A DNA stretch of 45,469 nt, from assembly GCA_039656355.1 (NCBI GenBank), contig JBDHMC010000001.1, positions 1 through 45,469 of the forward strand, read 5' to 3'. Below the pieces are notes generated by a model. The model was given only the letters and a program-made list of their open reading frames with translations, was not told the origin of the DNA and did no database searches. The position numbers were made by a program, and so were the translations under genes. Positions 17,083-25,320 of this stretch are shown piece after piece. Numbering within the stretch: position 1 is the first letter of the stretch; each line of letters starts with the position of its first letter. This DNA is from Gemmatimonadota bacterium (GTDB taxonomy: Bacteria; Gemmatimonadota; Gemmatimonadetes; Longimicrobiales; Gaopeijiaceae).

Positions 17083-18634
17083 GCTCGGACTTCAGCGTCG
17101 CAGAGGTCCTATTCTTCTCCTGGTCCTGGCCATTGGTCTGGCGTTCTTCCAGAACCTGGGCAGCGCCCCCCTCTTCGACCGGGATGAGGGAGCCTTCAGC
17201 GAGGCCACACGGGAGATGGTGGAGAGTGGGAACTACGTTTCAACCACTCTGAATGGCGAGCCTCGCTACGACAAACCCATTCTCACCTACTATTTCCAGG
17301 CGGTGGGAGTTGCGGTTCTGGGATGGAACGAATGGGGGCTCCGGTTTCACTCAGCCCTGGCTGCAGCCCTCTGGGTTCTGGCGGTCTGGGGTTTCGCTCG
17401 TCGCGAGTGGGACGATACCACCGGATGGGTGGCGGGGATGCTCACGGCCACTTCCCTCTGGGTCATAGTCATTGGACGGGCTGCAACCGCTGATGCCCTC
17501 TTAAACCTGTTTCTGACCCTGTCTCTTTTCGACCTCTATCGGTTCTGGAAGCACAAGCGACGCGCCCCCCTCTACCGCGTCTTCCTCTGGTCCGCTCTGG
17601 GTTTCCTGACCAAAGGACCTGTGGCGGTAGCCATTCCTTTGGCCGCCGCATTCTTGTTGGCCTTGGCTCGGGGGCAGCTAGCCCGGTATCTCAAGGCCAT
17701 CTTCAACCCGGTGGGGTGGGCCATATTCTTGCTTGTAGCGGGGCCCTGGTATTGGGCCATCTATGCCCGGGATGGCCAGGCTTTCATTGACGGCTTTTTC
17801 TTGGGCCATAACCTGAACCGGTTCGCCGATACCATGGAGGGACATGGTGGGGTTTTCTATTATTTCATCCCTGTCGTGCTTCTCATATTGCTTCCCCATA
17901 CAAGTCTCTTCCTCAGGGCCTTGAGCCGTTTTGGGAAAGCCACCAAGAGCGACCTGGAGCTGTTCCTCTGGCTCTGGTTCGGTTTCGTCTTTCTCTTCTT
18001 TTCTGTCTCCAGCACCCAGTTGCCTCACTACCTCCTCTATGGGGCCACACCGCTGTTCCTTCTTATGGCTCGGTACAGGGAGGAGCTCCGGAACCGCTTC
18101 CTGACACTTCTCCCAGCTCTCCTCCTGACATCTCTCCTTTTCTTCTTGCCGGAGATCTGGGCAGGAATCGGGCCGATGGTCGATGATGCCTATACCCAGG
18201 CCATCATGACCGTAGCGCCGGAGGCTTTCGACCTGGAGTACAGACTTTGGACCGGGCTGGGCCTGGTGTCGGTGGTGGGGCTCTTTTTCCTGAGGCAGTG
18301 GAAGCCTTGGCAACACCTAATGGCAGCCGGCGTGGTAGTAGCCATGACAGTCGCCTTCGGACTCTTCCCCACCTACGGCGAAATCCAACAGGGCCCAACG
18401 AAGGAAGCGGCCCTCCTGGCCCGCCAGGAGGGATGGGACGTGGTCATGTGGCGCCTGGACATGCCTAGCTTCGCTTTTTACTACGACGACATCACGCCTC
18501 TCAGGGAACCGGAGGTGGGCGAGGTCGTGTTCACTCGGGTGACCCGCTTGGAACGACTGGAGATCCCCACCGAGGTGTTGTTCCAACGGGGCGGAGTCAT
18601 CCTCGCAAGAGCTCTGGAAGGAGGGGAGGGCTAA
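17063..18634 (+). CDS. GT-C glycosyltransferase, ArnT/PMT_2 (GT83/GT39-like) family
   Basis: This 523-aa polytopic protein has the first-loop motif LFDRDEGAFSEATREMVESGNYV followed by GEPRYDKPILTYY (the DKPPL-like motif). Its start overlaps the GT2 gene end by 20 nt. Confidence 0.8.
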   Translation: MTPDFPELGLQRRRGPILLLVLAIGLAFFQNLGSAPLFDRDEGAFSEATREMVESGNYVSTTLNGEPRYDKPILTYYFQAVGVAVLGWNEWGLRFHSALAAALWVLAVWGFARREWDDTTGWVAGMLTATSLWVIVIGRAATADALLNLFLTLSLFDLYRFWKHKRRAPLYRVFLWSALGFLTKGPVAVAIPLAAAFLLALARGQLARYLKAIFNPVGWAIFLLVAGPWYWAIYARDGQAFIDGFFLGHNLNRFADTMEGHGGVFYYFIPVVLLILLPHTSLFLRALSRFGKATKSDLELFLWLWFGFVFLFFSVSSTQLPHYLLYGATPLFLLMARYREELRNRFLTLLPALLLTSLLFFLPEIWAGIGPMVDDAYTQAIMTVAPEAFDLEYRLWTGLGLVSVVGLFFLRQWKPWQHLMAAGVVVAMTVAFGLFPTYGEIQQGPTKEAALLARQEGWDVVMWRLDMPSFAFYYDDITPLREPEVGEVVFTRVTRLERLEIPTEVLFQRGGVILARALEGGEG

Positions 18635-19450
18635 ATGGTCACAGAAACGAATGATCCGTTCGTCAGGGCCCCCAGGTGGATGGTTTTGGGTCCGCTCGCC
18701 CTGGCTCTGGCCCTCCTCATAGTCGTGAAGGTTGGGAGCCTGGACCGGCCCCTCTTTTTTTTCTTCAATGGCCTCTCCTCCTACACGGGGCCGATCTTCT
18801 GGGCCCACGTCACCATCCTGGGGGACGGGCTGGTGTGCGCCGTGCTCCTCCTTCCCTGGATCCGCCGAAACCCTGAGCGAGTCTGGGGTGGACTGCTGGG
18901 GGCGGTGCTCATGGTGGTGGTTCTTCAAGGGTTCAAGGGGATCCTGGCTCTCCCTCGACCTTTGGCAGTCCTCCCGGAGGAGATGATTACCGCCATCGGG
19001 CCCGGCCTCCGTCGGGGCGCTTTCCCCTCGGGACACACGGCGACCATGGCCCTCTTCGCCGGAATCTGGGCACATACAACACCTCGCCGGCTCCACTCTT
19101 GGATGGCCCTGACCTTGCCGGTGTTCGTAGGGGTGTCGCGGATGGCGGTTGGGGTCCATTGGCCCTCCGACGTCCTTGGGGGAATTGCGCTGGGGTGGGG
19201 CACGGCGTGGATCGGCCTGCGGTTGGCTTCCAGGTTCAGCTGGGGAATGGGTCAGCCGGGCCGTAGGATCCTGACTGGGGTCCTCCTGATTTCGGCCGCG
19301 GTGCTCCTCATCATTGACCACACCGGATACCCCGGCGTTCTACTCTTTCAGAGGTCTATCGCCCTGGTCTGCCTCGTTTGGGGAGCTGTGGGAGTGGTAC
19401 GACCCTCCCCTGAGGAGTTATCTCCCGATCATGTCCACACCGGCTTATGA
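18635..19450 (+). CDS. PAP2 superfamily phosphatase (membrane)
   Basis: It has the acid-phosphatase motifs KGILALPRP, PSGH and SRMAVGVHWPSDV. Its ATG directly abuts the upstream TAA (TAAATG). Confidence 0.8.
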   Translation: MVTETNDPFVRAPRWMVLGPLALALALLIVVKVGSLDRPLFFFFNGLSSYTGPIFWAHVTILGDGLVCAVLLLPWIRRNPERVWGGLLGAVLMVVVLQGFKGILALPRPLAVLPEEMITAIGPGLRRGAFPSGHTATMALFAGIWAHTTPRRLHSWMALTLPVFVGVSRMAVGVHWPSDVLGGIALGWGTAWIGLRLASRFSWGMGQPGRRILTGVLLISAAVLLIIDHTGYPGVLLFQRSIALVCLVWGAVGVVRPSPEELSPDHVHTGL

Positions 19451-20618
19451 CGTTCTTATTGCCGGCGGAGGAGTGATCGGAAGCTCCATCGCCTATTTCC
19501 TTTCCAACCATCCTGAGGGGAAGAACCTCAGGATAGGTGTGGTGGAACCGGACCCCGCATACGCCAAATCCTCAACGGCCCTGTCGGTGGGGGGGATCCG
19601 GCAACAATTCTCCACCCCCGAGAACATTCGGCTGTCCCTTTTCTCAACGGAGTTCTTCAGAAACGCCGGCGTGGCCCTCGCGATCCAAGGAGAGGGCCCT
19701 GACCTGGGCTTCCGGGAGGTGGGATACCTTTTTCTTGCCACCCAGGTTGGACTACCCATCCTCGAGAGGAACCGAGCCCGCCAGGTTGGGCTGGGGGCTG
19801 ACGTGGAGTTCCTGGACCCGAAGGGTCTTCAGGCACGGTTTCCTTGGATGAAAGTGTCGGACCTGGCCGGTGGCTCCTTGGGGATGAGGGGAGAAGGATG
19901 GCTCGATCCCTACTCCCTTCTTCAGGCATTCAAGAAGAAGGCCCGGTCCCAGGGCGTTTCCTTTCTAACGGACGAAGTCACGGGGATTTCTTGGACAGGG
20001 GATCGTGTCCAAACAGTCACACTGGCAGGAGGAGAGTGCCTCCCCGTGGGGTTGATCGTGAACGCCGCCGGGCCGAGGGCTTCCGGACTGGCCCTTCTTG
20101 CAGGGATCCCCGATCTACCTGTTCGACCAAGGAAGCGCTTCGTTTACCGGGTCCAGACTTCCCAAGACCTCCCAGAGTGTCCCTTGGTGATCGATCCGTC
20201 CGGTGTGTATTTCCGCCCCGAGGGGAAAGGGTTTCTTTGCGGTGTATCGCCCCCCGCCAACCGGGACCCGGACACGCTGGATCTTGAGATGGACTACGAT
20301 CTTTTTCACGAGATAGTCTGGCCGGCCTTGGCGCAGCGGGTCCCCACCTTCGACTCCCTTCGATTGGGATCGTCCTGGGCCGGTCATTACGCCTATAACA
20401 CTTTGGACCAGAACGCCATCCTGGGTCCCCATCCAGAGCGAATGAACTTTTTCTTTGCCAATGGTTTTTCCGGTCATGGGCTCCAGCACTCACCGGGGAT
20501 TGGAATGGCTCTTTCAGAGCTCATCCTTCTTGGGGAGTATCGCACTCTGGACCTAAGCCGCTTTGGGTTCAAACGTTTTGCGGAGAACACCCTCATTCGG
20601 GAGGAAAACGTCGTATGA
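19431..20618 (+). CDS. FAD-dependent oxidoreductase (DAO family)
   Basis: It has the N-terminal dinucleotide fold YDVLIAGGGVIGSSIAYFL and the C-terminal GFSGHGLQHSPGIG. The start is taken at the ATG at 19431, which overlaps the PAP2 gene end by 20 nt. Confidence 0.8.
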   Translation: MSTPAYDVLIAGGGVIGSSIAYFLSNHPEGKNLRIGVVEPDPAYAKSSTALSVGGIRQQFSTPENIRLSLFSTEFFRNAGVALAIQGEGPDLGFREVGYLFLATQVGLPILERNRARQVGLGADVEFLDPKGLQARFPWMKVSDLAGGSLGMRGEGWLDPYSLLQAFKKKARSQGVSFLTDEVTGISWTGDRVQTVTLAGGECLPVGLIVNAAGPRASGLALLAGIPDLPVRPRKRFVYRVQTSQDLPECPLVIDPSGVYFRPEGKGFLCGVSPPANRDPDTLDLEMDYDLFHEIVWPALAQRVPTFDSLRLGSSWAGHYAYNTLDQNAILGPHPERMNFFFANGFSGHGLQHSPGIGMALSELILLGEYRTLDLSRFGFKRFAENTLIREENVV

Positions 20619-23389
20619 GCCGCCACCCCCTCGAAAGAACCTGCCTCCATCGTGCTGGTTTTTCCGCCAAGGTTTTCTCTCGGCTTCTCGCTGTCCTCCT
20701 TCTCTCCGCGGGTCTTGGGGGCTGCCAGGGATCTCGAGCCACAGACCTGGATCTTCACTGGGAGGAGGTCCCTGACCGACCCTGGCCAGGTCCCGATCTT
20801 TGGGCCAATCGCCTCCAGGATTGGGAAGTTCGGGACGGAAAGCTCCGAGCCTTGAGCTCTCTTCCCATGAGGACGGCACACATCCTAACCCGACGAGGCG
20901 CACCGAACGACGGGGAAATCCTGGTGACACTGAGGATGGGTCTCTCGAGTACTAGTGAGGGAAGTCGGGAGGGGCAGGAATCAGAGGTTCTGGCGGCCGC
21001 AGGAGGTTTCCTGGTGGGTGCGGGGGGAGCGGACCTGGACTACCGGCGGGCGGCCCTGATCCATCACAGTCCGGGCCCGGGAGGAGGACTTTTTCTCGGG
21101 GTGGATGAGCACGGCTATCTCCTAGTATTGGACTTTTCCGACGAAAATCGGATGCTGGCCAGAAGCGAGGGGGCCCTACCGGCTACCGACTCCCTGGAAC
21201 TCCGCATCCGGGTCAGCGACGGCGCAGGAGCAAGAGACTCTTCCTCAGGGGACGGAGAATTCTCCCTTGCTCTGGAAGCTCGAACGCTCGAAGGCCATGA
21301 CGCTCCGCTCACGCTGGACCTTCAGGGGATCGCGGGCCACCGCCTCGCCGGAGGCATGGCGTTGGCCTCCCATGGCACCGGGGAAGACGGGCCACGGGCA
21401 TGGTTCTCCACTGCAGAGGTGGCAGGAGCCGGAGTGGAGGCGCATCCGGACCGTGGTTTGGGGCCAATTCTGGGCACCCAATACACAATCAGCCGAAGCG
21501 TTCTGACCCTCACGGCTCAACTTTTCCCCATCTCTCCCCTGAATGCGGGGCCAGGGACACCCAGTGAGAACACAGTCATCATGGAGACCCAAGAAGAAGG
21601 TGGTTCCTGGGTCCAAACGGCATCAACCCCAGTGGTGACCCCTGGCTACACCGCCACCTTCCGAATGGAAGATTGGAACGCATCAAACTCGGCTTCTTTC
21701 CGATTGACCCTTCAAGGGGCGGAAGAAGGAAACGGTGGGAGCCCCTATGTAGGGACCGTCCGGGCCGATCCCGGGAACGGAGAGGAGTTCGTAGTCGCAG
21801 CTTTCACCGGGAACCACAATGTGGCGAGTCCCGGGGTGGACCGAGGAAGTTTCGACTGGGAAAGGAATCTCTGGTTCCCCCACGATGACATTTTGGAGCA
21901 CATAAAAGCTCACGCCCCGGATTTCCTGTTCTTCAGCGGGGATCAGGTCTACGAGGGTGCAAGCCCTACCCGGGCCGATTTCCAAAACCCGTACGGGGAT
22001 TACCTCTACAAGTGGTACCTCTGGCTTTGGGCCTTTCGGGACCTGACCCGAGAGACCCCCGCCGTGACCATCCCTGACGATCACGACGTGTTCCACGGCA
22101 ACGTCTGGGGCGCCGGAGGCATTGCGACGCCTCCGGGTCTTACCGGCTCCGAGGCACAGGACGCCGGAGGGTACCGATTGCCCCCCGACTGGGTGAACAT
22201 GGTGCAGAGAACCCAGACCTCCCACCTTCCGAACCCCTGGGATGCGACCCCTTCGGACCAGGGTATCGAAGTCTACTTCACTGACATCCTCTATGGAGGT
22301 GTCAGCTTCGCGGTACTCGAAGATCGCAAGTTCAAGTCCGCACCCAAGGGTCTCCTCCCGGATGCCGAGATTCGGAACGGTTGGGCTCAGAATCCGGACT
22401 TCGACGCTCGGGCGGAAGCCGACTCACCTGGAGCCTCTCTTCTGGGCAGATCCCAGGAAGTGTTCTTGGAGGAGTGGGCCGCCGACTGGACCGGCGGAAC
22501 CTGGATGAAAGTCGTGCTCTCCCAGACCATCTTTGGGAATGTGGCCACGATTCCCGCCGACGCCATGAGCGGTTCGGTGATCCCGAGCCTGCCTATCGCT
22601 GAGCCCGGTGCCTACGTTACCGGAGATAAGACGGCGGCAGACATGGATTCCAACGGGTGGCCGCCTTCAGGCCGGGTAAGGGCCCTTCGCTCAATGAGAA
22701 AGGGATTCGCGGTCCACCTTGCAGGCGATCAACACCTGGCGAGCACCATCCAGTACGGAGTCGATGAGTACGGTGATGGCCCCTTCGCCCTCTGTGTTCC
22801 CTCCGTCGCCAACTTCTGGCCGAGGAGATGGTTTCCCCCGGAACCGAGTCGTACCCGGGACCCAGACGCGCCAGCCTACACCGGGGAGTTTCAGGACGGG
22901 TTCGGGAATCTCATGACGGTCTTCGCCGTCTCCAATCCGGCCCAATGGGGACGAGAGCCCACCATCCTTCACAATCGGGCGCCGGGGTACGGCATTGCAC
23001 GCTTTGACCGTTCAACCCGGGAGGTGAGCCTGGAGGCGTGGCCTCGATGGTCCGATCCTGAAACCGGAGGATCTCCTTACCCGGGGTGGCCTGTCCGCTT
23101 TCAACAGGAGCAGGGGTACGGCGCCCCTCCCCAAGGGTATCTTCCCACCCTGGTGGTGGAGGGGATCACCGACCCAGTGGTCCAGGTCATCTCCGAACCG
23201 GGAGGAACGATCGTCTACACGATCCGAATGCGAGGGACCCGATTTACTCCCAAGGTCTTCGGGCCGGGAACCTATACGGTGAGAGTAGGGGAGCCTGGGA
23301 CGGACGCCATGCAGACCTTCCAGGGCCTGCAGGCCGGCCCCGACACGGGGAGATCCCTACAAGTTCGGTTCGACGGAAAGCCAAGCTGA
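20615..23389 (+). CDS. Lipoprotein with a C-terminal PhoD-like metallophosphatase domain and a large uncharacterised N-terminal region
   Basis: It has a lipobox (LLLSAGLGGC). The metallophosphatase pattern is FFSGDQVYEG, IPDDHDVFHGN, VLEDRKFKS, LLGRSQEVFLEEW and HLAGDQHLAS. The start overlaps the previous stop as ATGA. Confidence 0.7.
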   Translation: MSRHPLERTCLHRAGFSAKVFSRLLAVLLLSAGLGGCQGSRATDLDLHWEEVPDRPWPGPDLWANRLQDWEVRDGKLRALSSLPMRTAHILTRRGAPNDGEILVTLRMGLSSTSEGSREGQESEVLAAAGGFLVGAGGADLDYRRAALIHHSPGPGGGLFLGVDEHGYLLVLDFSDENRMLARSEGALPATDSLELRIRVSDGAGARDSSSGDGEFSLALEARTLEGHDAPLTLDLQGIAGHRLAGGMALASHGTGEDGPRAWFSTAEVAGAGVEAHPDRGLGPILGTQYTISRSVLTLTAQLFPISPLNAGPGTPSENTVIMETQEEGGSWVQTASTPVVTPGYTATFRMEDWNASNSASFRLTLQGAEEGNGGSPYVGTVRADPGNGEEFVVAAFTGNHNVASPGVDRGSFDWERNLWFPHDDILEHIKAHAPDFLFFSGDQVYEGASPTRADFQNPYGDYLYKWYLWLWAFRDLTRETPAVTIPDDHDVFHGNVWGAGGIATPPGLTGSEAQDAGGYRLPPDWVNMVQRTQTSHLPNPWDATPSDQGIEVYFTDILYGGVSFAVLEDRKFKSAPKGLLPDAEIRNGWAQNPDFDARAEADSPGASLLGRSQEVFLEEWAADWTGGTWMKVVLSQTIFGNVATIPADAMSGSVIPSLPIAEPGAYVTGDKTAADMDSNGWPPSGRVRALRSMRKGFAVHLAGDQHLASTIQYGVDEYGDGPFALCVPSVANFWPRRWFPPEPSRTRDPDAPAYTGEFQDGFGNLMTVFAVSNPAQWGREPTILHNRAPGYGIARFDRSTREVSLEAWPRWSDPETGGSPYPGWPVRFQQEQGYGAPPQGYLPTLVVEGITDPVVQVISEPGGTIVYTIRMRGTRFTPKVFGPGTYTVRVGEPGTDAMQTFQGLQAGPDTGRSLQVRFDGKPS

Positions 23390-23400
23390 TCCGGGAATGA

Positions 23401-24246
23401 TCAGAAGTGGTACTCCAACCAGCGGGCCCCCAGCGGGCCCGCCACCATGGGATCCGCAAGCAGTAGTATCAGGGTGGTGCTTCCTGGCTCTGCTGCCCCG
23501 TAACTCGCCTGGTAGGCAATCTTCAACGGCACCAGATCGAATCCGTAGTCCCGGGTGAGCCAGGCGTCACAAGGGTCGTCGAAGTCTTCGTGAGAAAGGA
23601 AGAGCCTTATCTGGACCGGGTTGGATTCCATCCACCCACCCCATGCCACCACCTTCACATCGTGGGTCCTGCAACCTCCCCCGTAACTGAGCCGGATCTG
23701 TAGGGTGTGCCCGGAGATAACCGCATCCTGAATCTGGAAAGGGTCCTGGGGCCACCCCGAAGGATTGGTGTCGAAGTTCACGATGACCGGGAGGACTCCG
23801 GATACCATGCCCTGGAGAGTTCCAATTGCCACCTTCAACCCCTGGGGAAGAACCTCGGAACTACCCTGGACTCGGCTCCGGCCCCTCGAGTCCCGATAAT
23901 CGACATCGAAGTGGAACTGGTCACAGCACTGGACCCCGAAGTCCTCGCCATCCAGGGCATGGATGTTGGCGTCCTGGAATTGCGCCCATACATAATCCAC
24001 CTGGTTGGGAGTGAGGGCTTGGAGGACCTCACCCTCAGTGAAGTCGCAGAGGTTGATGCAGGATTCCCCTACCAGGGACCTGGAGGCCCCGTCGAGGAAG
24101 ACCACATAATCGGCGCCAGCGAAACCGCCGGTGACGTGCAAGCGGATTTCCATCTCCCCACCACCGGAAACCGAGACCGGGTCCTCGATGCAAGCCTGGA
24201 GAGAAAAGGCGACGACTGAAATGAGGAAAATCGAGGGCAGCTTCAT
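23401..24246 (-). CDS. Hypothetical lipoprotein, two cysteine-containing domains, function unknown
   Basis: It starts MKLPSIFLISVVAFSLQAC (lipobox). The N-terminal half has HVTGGFAGADYVVFLDG. The C-terminal half has SYGGGCRTHDVKVVAWGG...DDPCDAWLTRDYGFDL. I could not confidently assign a family. Confidence 0.65.
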   Translation of the reverse strand: MKLPSIFLISVVAFSLQACIEDPVSVSGGGEMEIRLHVTGGFAGADYVVFLDGASRSLVGESCINLCDFTEGEVLQALTPNQVDYVWAQFQDANIHALDGEDFGVQCCDQFHFDVDYRDSRGRSRVQGSSEVLPQGLKVAIGTLQGMVSGVLPVIVNFDTNPSGWPQDPFQIQDAVISGHTLQIRLSYGGGCRTHDVKVVAWGGWMESNPVQIRLFLSHEDFDDPCDAWLTRDYGFDLVPLKIAYQASYGAAEPGSTTLILLLADPMVAGPLGARWLEYHF

Positions 24247-24327
24247 CACAATCCTACATCCCCGAGAAAAGGAGCGTGTGGTTCGACCTACTATAGAAAC
24301 GACTCGGGTGTGGATTACGTGTCCGAA

Positions 24328-25320
24328 TCAGCCTTTCACAGGGGTCAACGGTTCCCCCCCGGCCAGCACCTCCAGTGCGTTACCCACTGCCAACTCCGCC
24401 ATGGCCCGGCGCGTCTTTGTGGTGGCACTCCCGATGTGAGGAACGGCCACTACCTTGTGATGCTCCACCAACTCCCGCGGCACATGTGGCTCTCGGCTGA
24501 ATACATCCAAGCCCGCCCCAGCCAGCCGTTCGTCCCGCAAGGCCCGTAAAAGAGCTCCTTCGTCCACGAGATCCCCTCGGGATGTATTGATGAAAAGAGA
24601 GCCAGGTTTCATCAAGGAGAACTGCTGGGTATTAAAAAGCCCTCTGGTTTCTGCGGTGGAAGGGAGGTGAAGAGTGACCACATCACTCTCCGCCAGGAGG
24701 GAGGGTAGATCCAGACGGAGGGCGCCGACGGTGCTCTCGAAAGCCGGTCGAGATTCCGCGTCGGAATAGAGGATCCTCATGCCGAATCCCACTCCCCGCC
24801 GCCCCACGGCTCGGCCGATTCGGCCCGCTCCCACAATCCCGAGGGTGCTCCCGTTCAGCTCCATGCCGAGCAACTGGGTGGGGCTCCACCCGGTCCATGC
24901 GGCTTGAGCCAGCATTTCCTGTCCCTCCTTCATCCTTCGGGCCACCGCGAGGATCAGCCCCCAGGTCAAATCCGCCGTGGATTCGGTCAGGACATCGGGA
25001 GTATTGGTGACGGGAATACCCCGGCGGGCAGCGGCCCCGAGATCGATGTTGTCGTACCCAACGGCACATTGGGCCAGAACCTTGAGACCAGGAAGACCCG
25101 CCAACTCCTCTTCCCCGAGGGTACGGGAGAGGATGGGAATGATGGCGACATAGTCCCCTCTGGGCGTAGGATCCGGAGACGAAATCCAAACCGTCTCGTA
25201 GCCTGGAAGAGGATCTTCCGGAAGCAGAGGTCTCAGCTCGGCTGCGATGAGGACCCGGGGGCGGGAGCCCCCGGGGTCCGATGGTATTCCTGTTGGATTC
25301 TCCGGAGATGAAACCGTCAT
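24328..25320 (-). CDS. D-2-hydroxyacid dehydrogenase (glyoxylate/hydroxypyruvate reductase-like)
   Basis: It has the NAD fold GSTLGIVGAGRIGRAVGRR and catalytic-region motifs INTSRGDLVDEGAL and PHIGSAT. Its ATG abuts the tricorn stop (TGAATG). Confidence 0.85.
   Translation of the reverse strand: MTVSSPENPTGIPSDPGGSRPRVLIAAELRPLLPEDPLPGYETVWISSPDPTPRGDYVAIIPILSRTLGEEELAGLPGLKVLAQCAVGYDNIDLGAAARRGIPVTNTPDVLTESTADLTWGLILAVARRMKEGQEMLAQAAWTGWSPTQLLGMELNGSTLGIVGAGRIGRAVGRRGVGFGMRILYSDAESRPAFESTVGALRLDLPSLLAESDVVTLHLPSTAETRGLFNTQQFSLMKPGSLFINTSRGDLVDEGALLRALRDERLAGAGLDVFSREPHVPRELVEHHKVVAVPHIGSATTKTRRAMAELAVGNALEVLAGGEPLTPVKG

Noticed and set aside
18317-19321. A 334-aa minus-strand ORF.
   Set aside because: It is antisense to the ArnT-like and PAP2 genes. 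The translation is rich in P, R, E and H with no domain-like pattern. It is a shadow ORF.
23386-23404. A small inverted repeat, CTGATC-7nt-GATCAG, spanning the two convergent stop codons.
   Set aside because: The stem is only 6 bp with no U-tract, which is too weak to call a bidirectional terminator.
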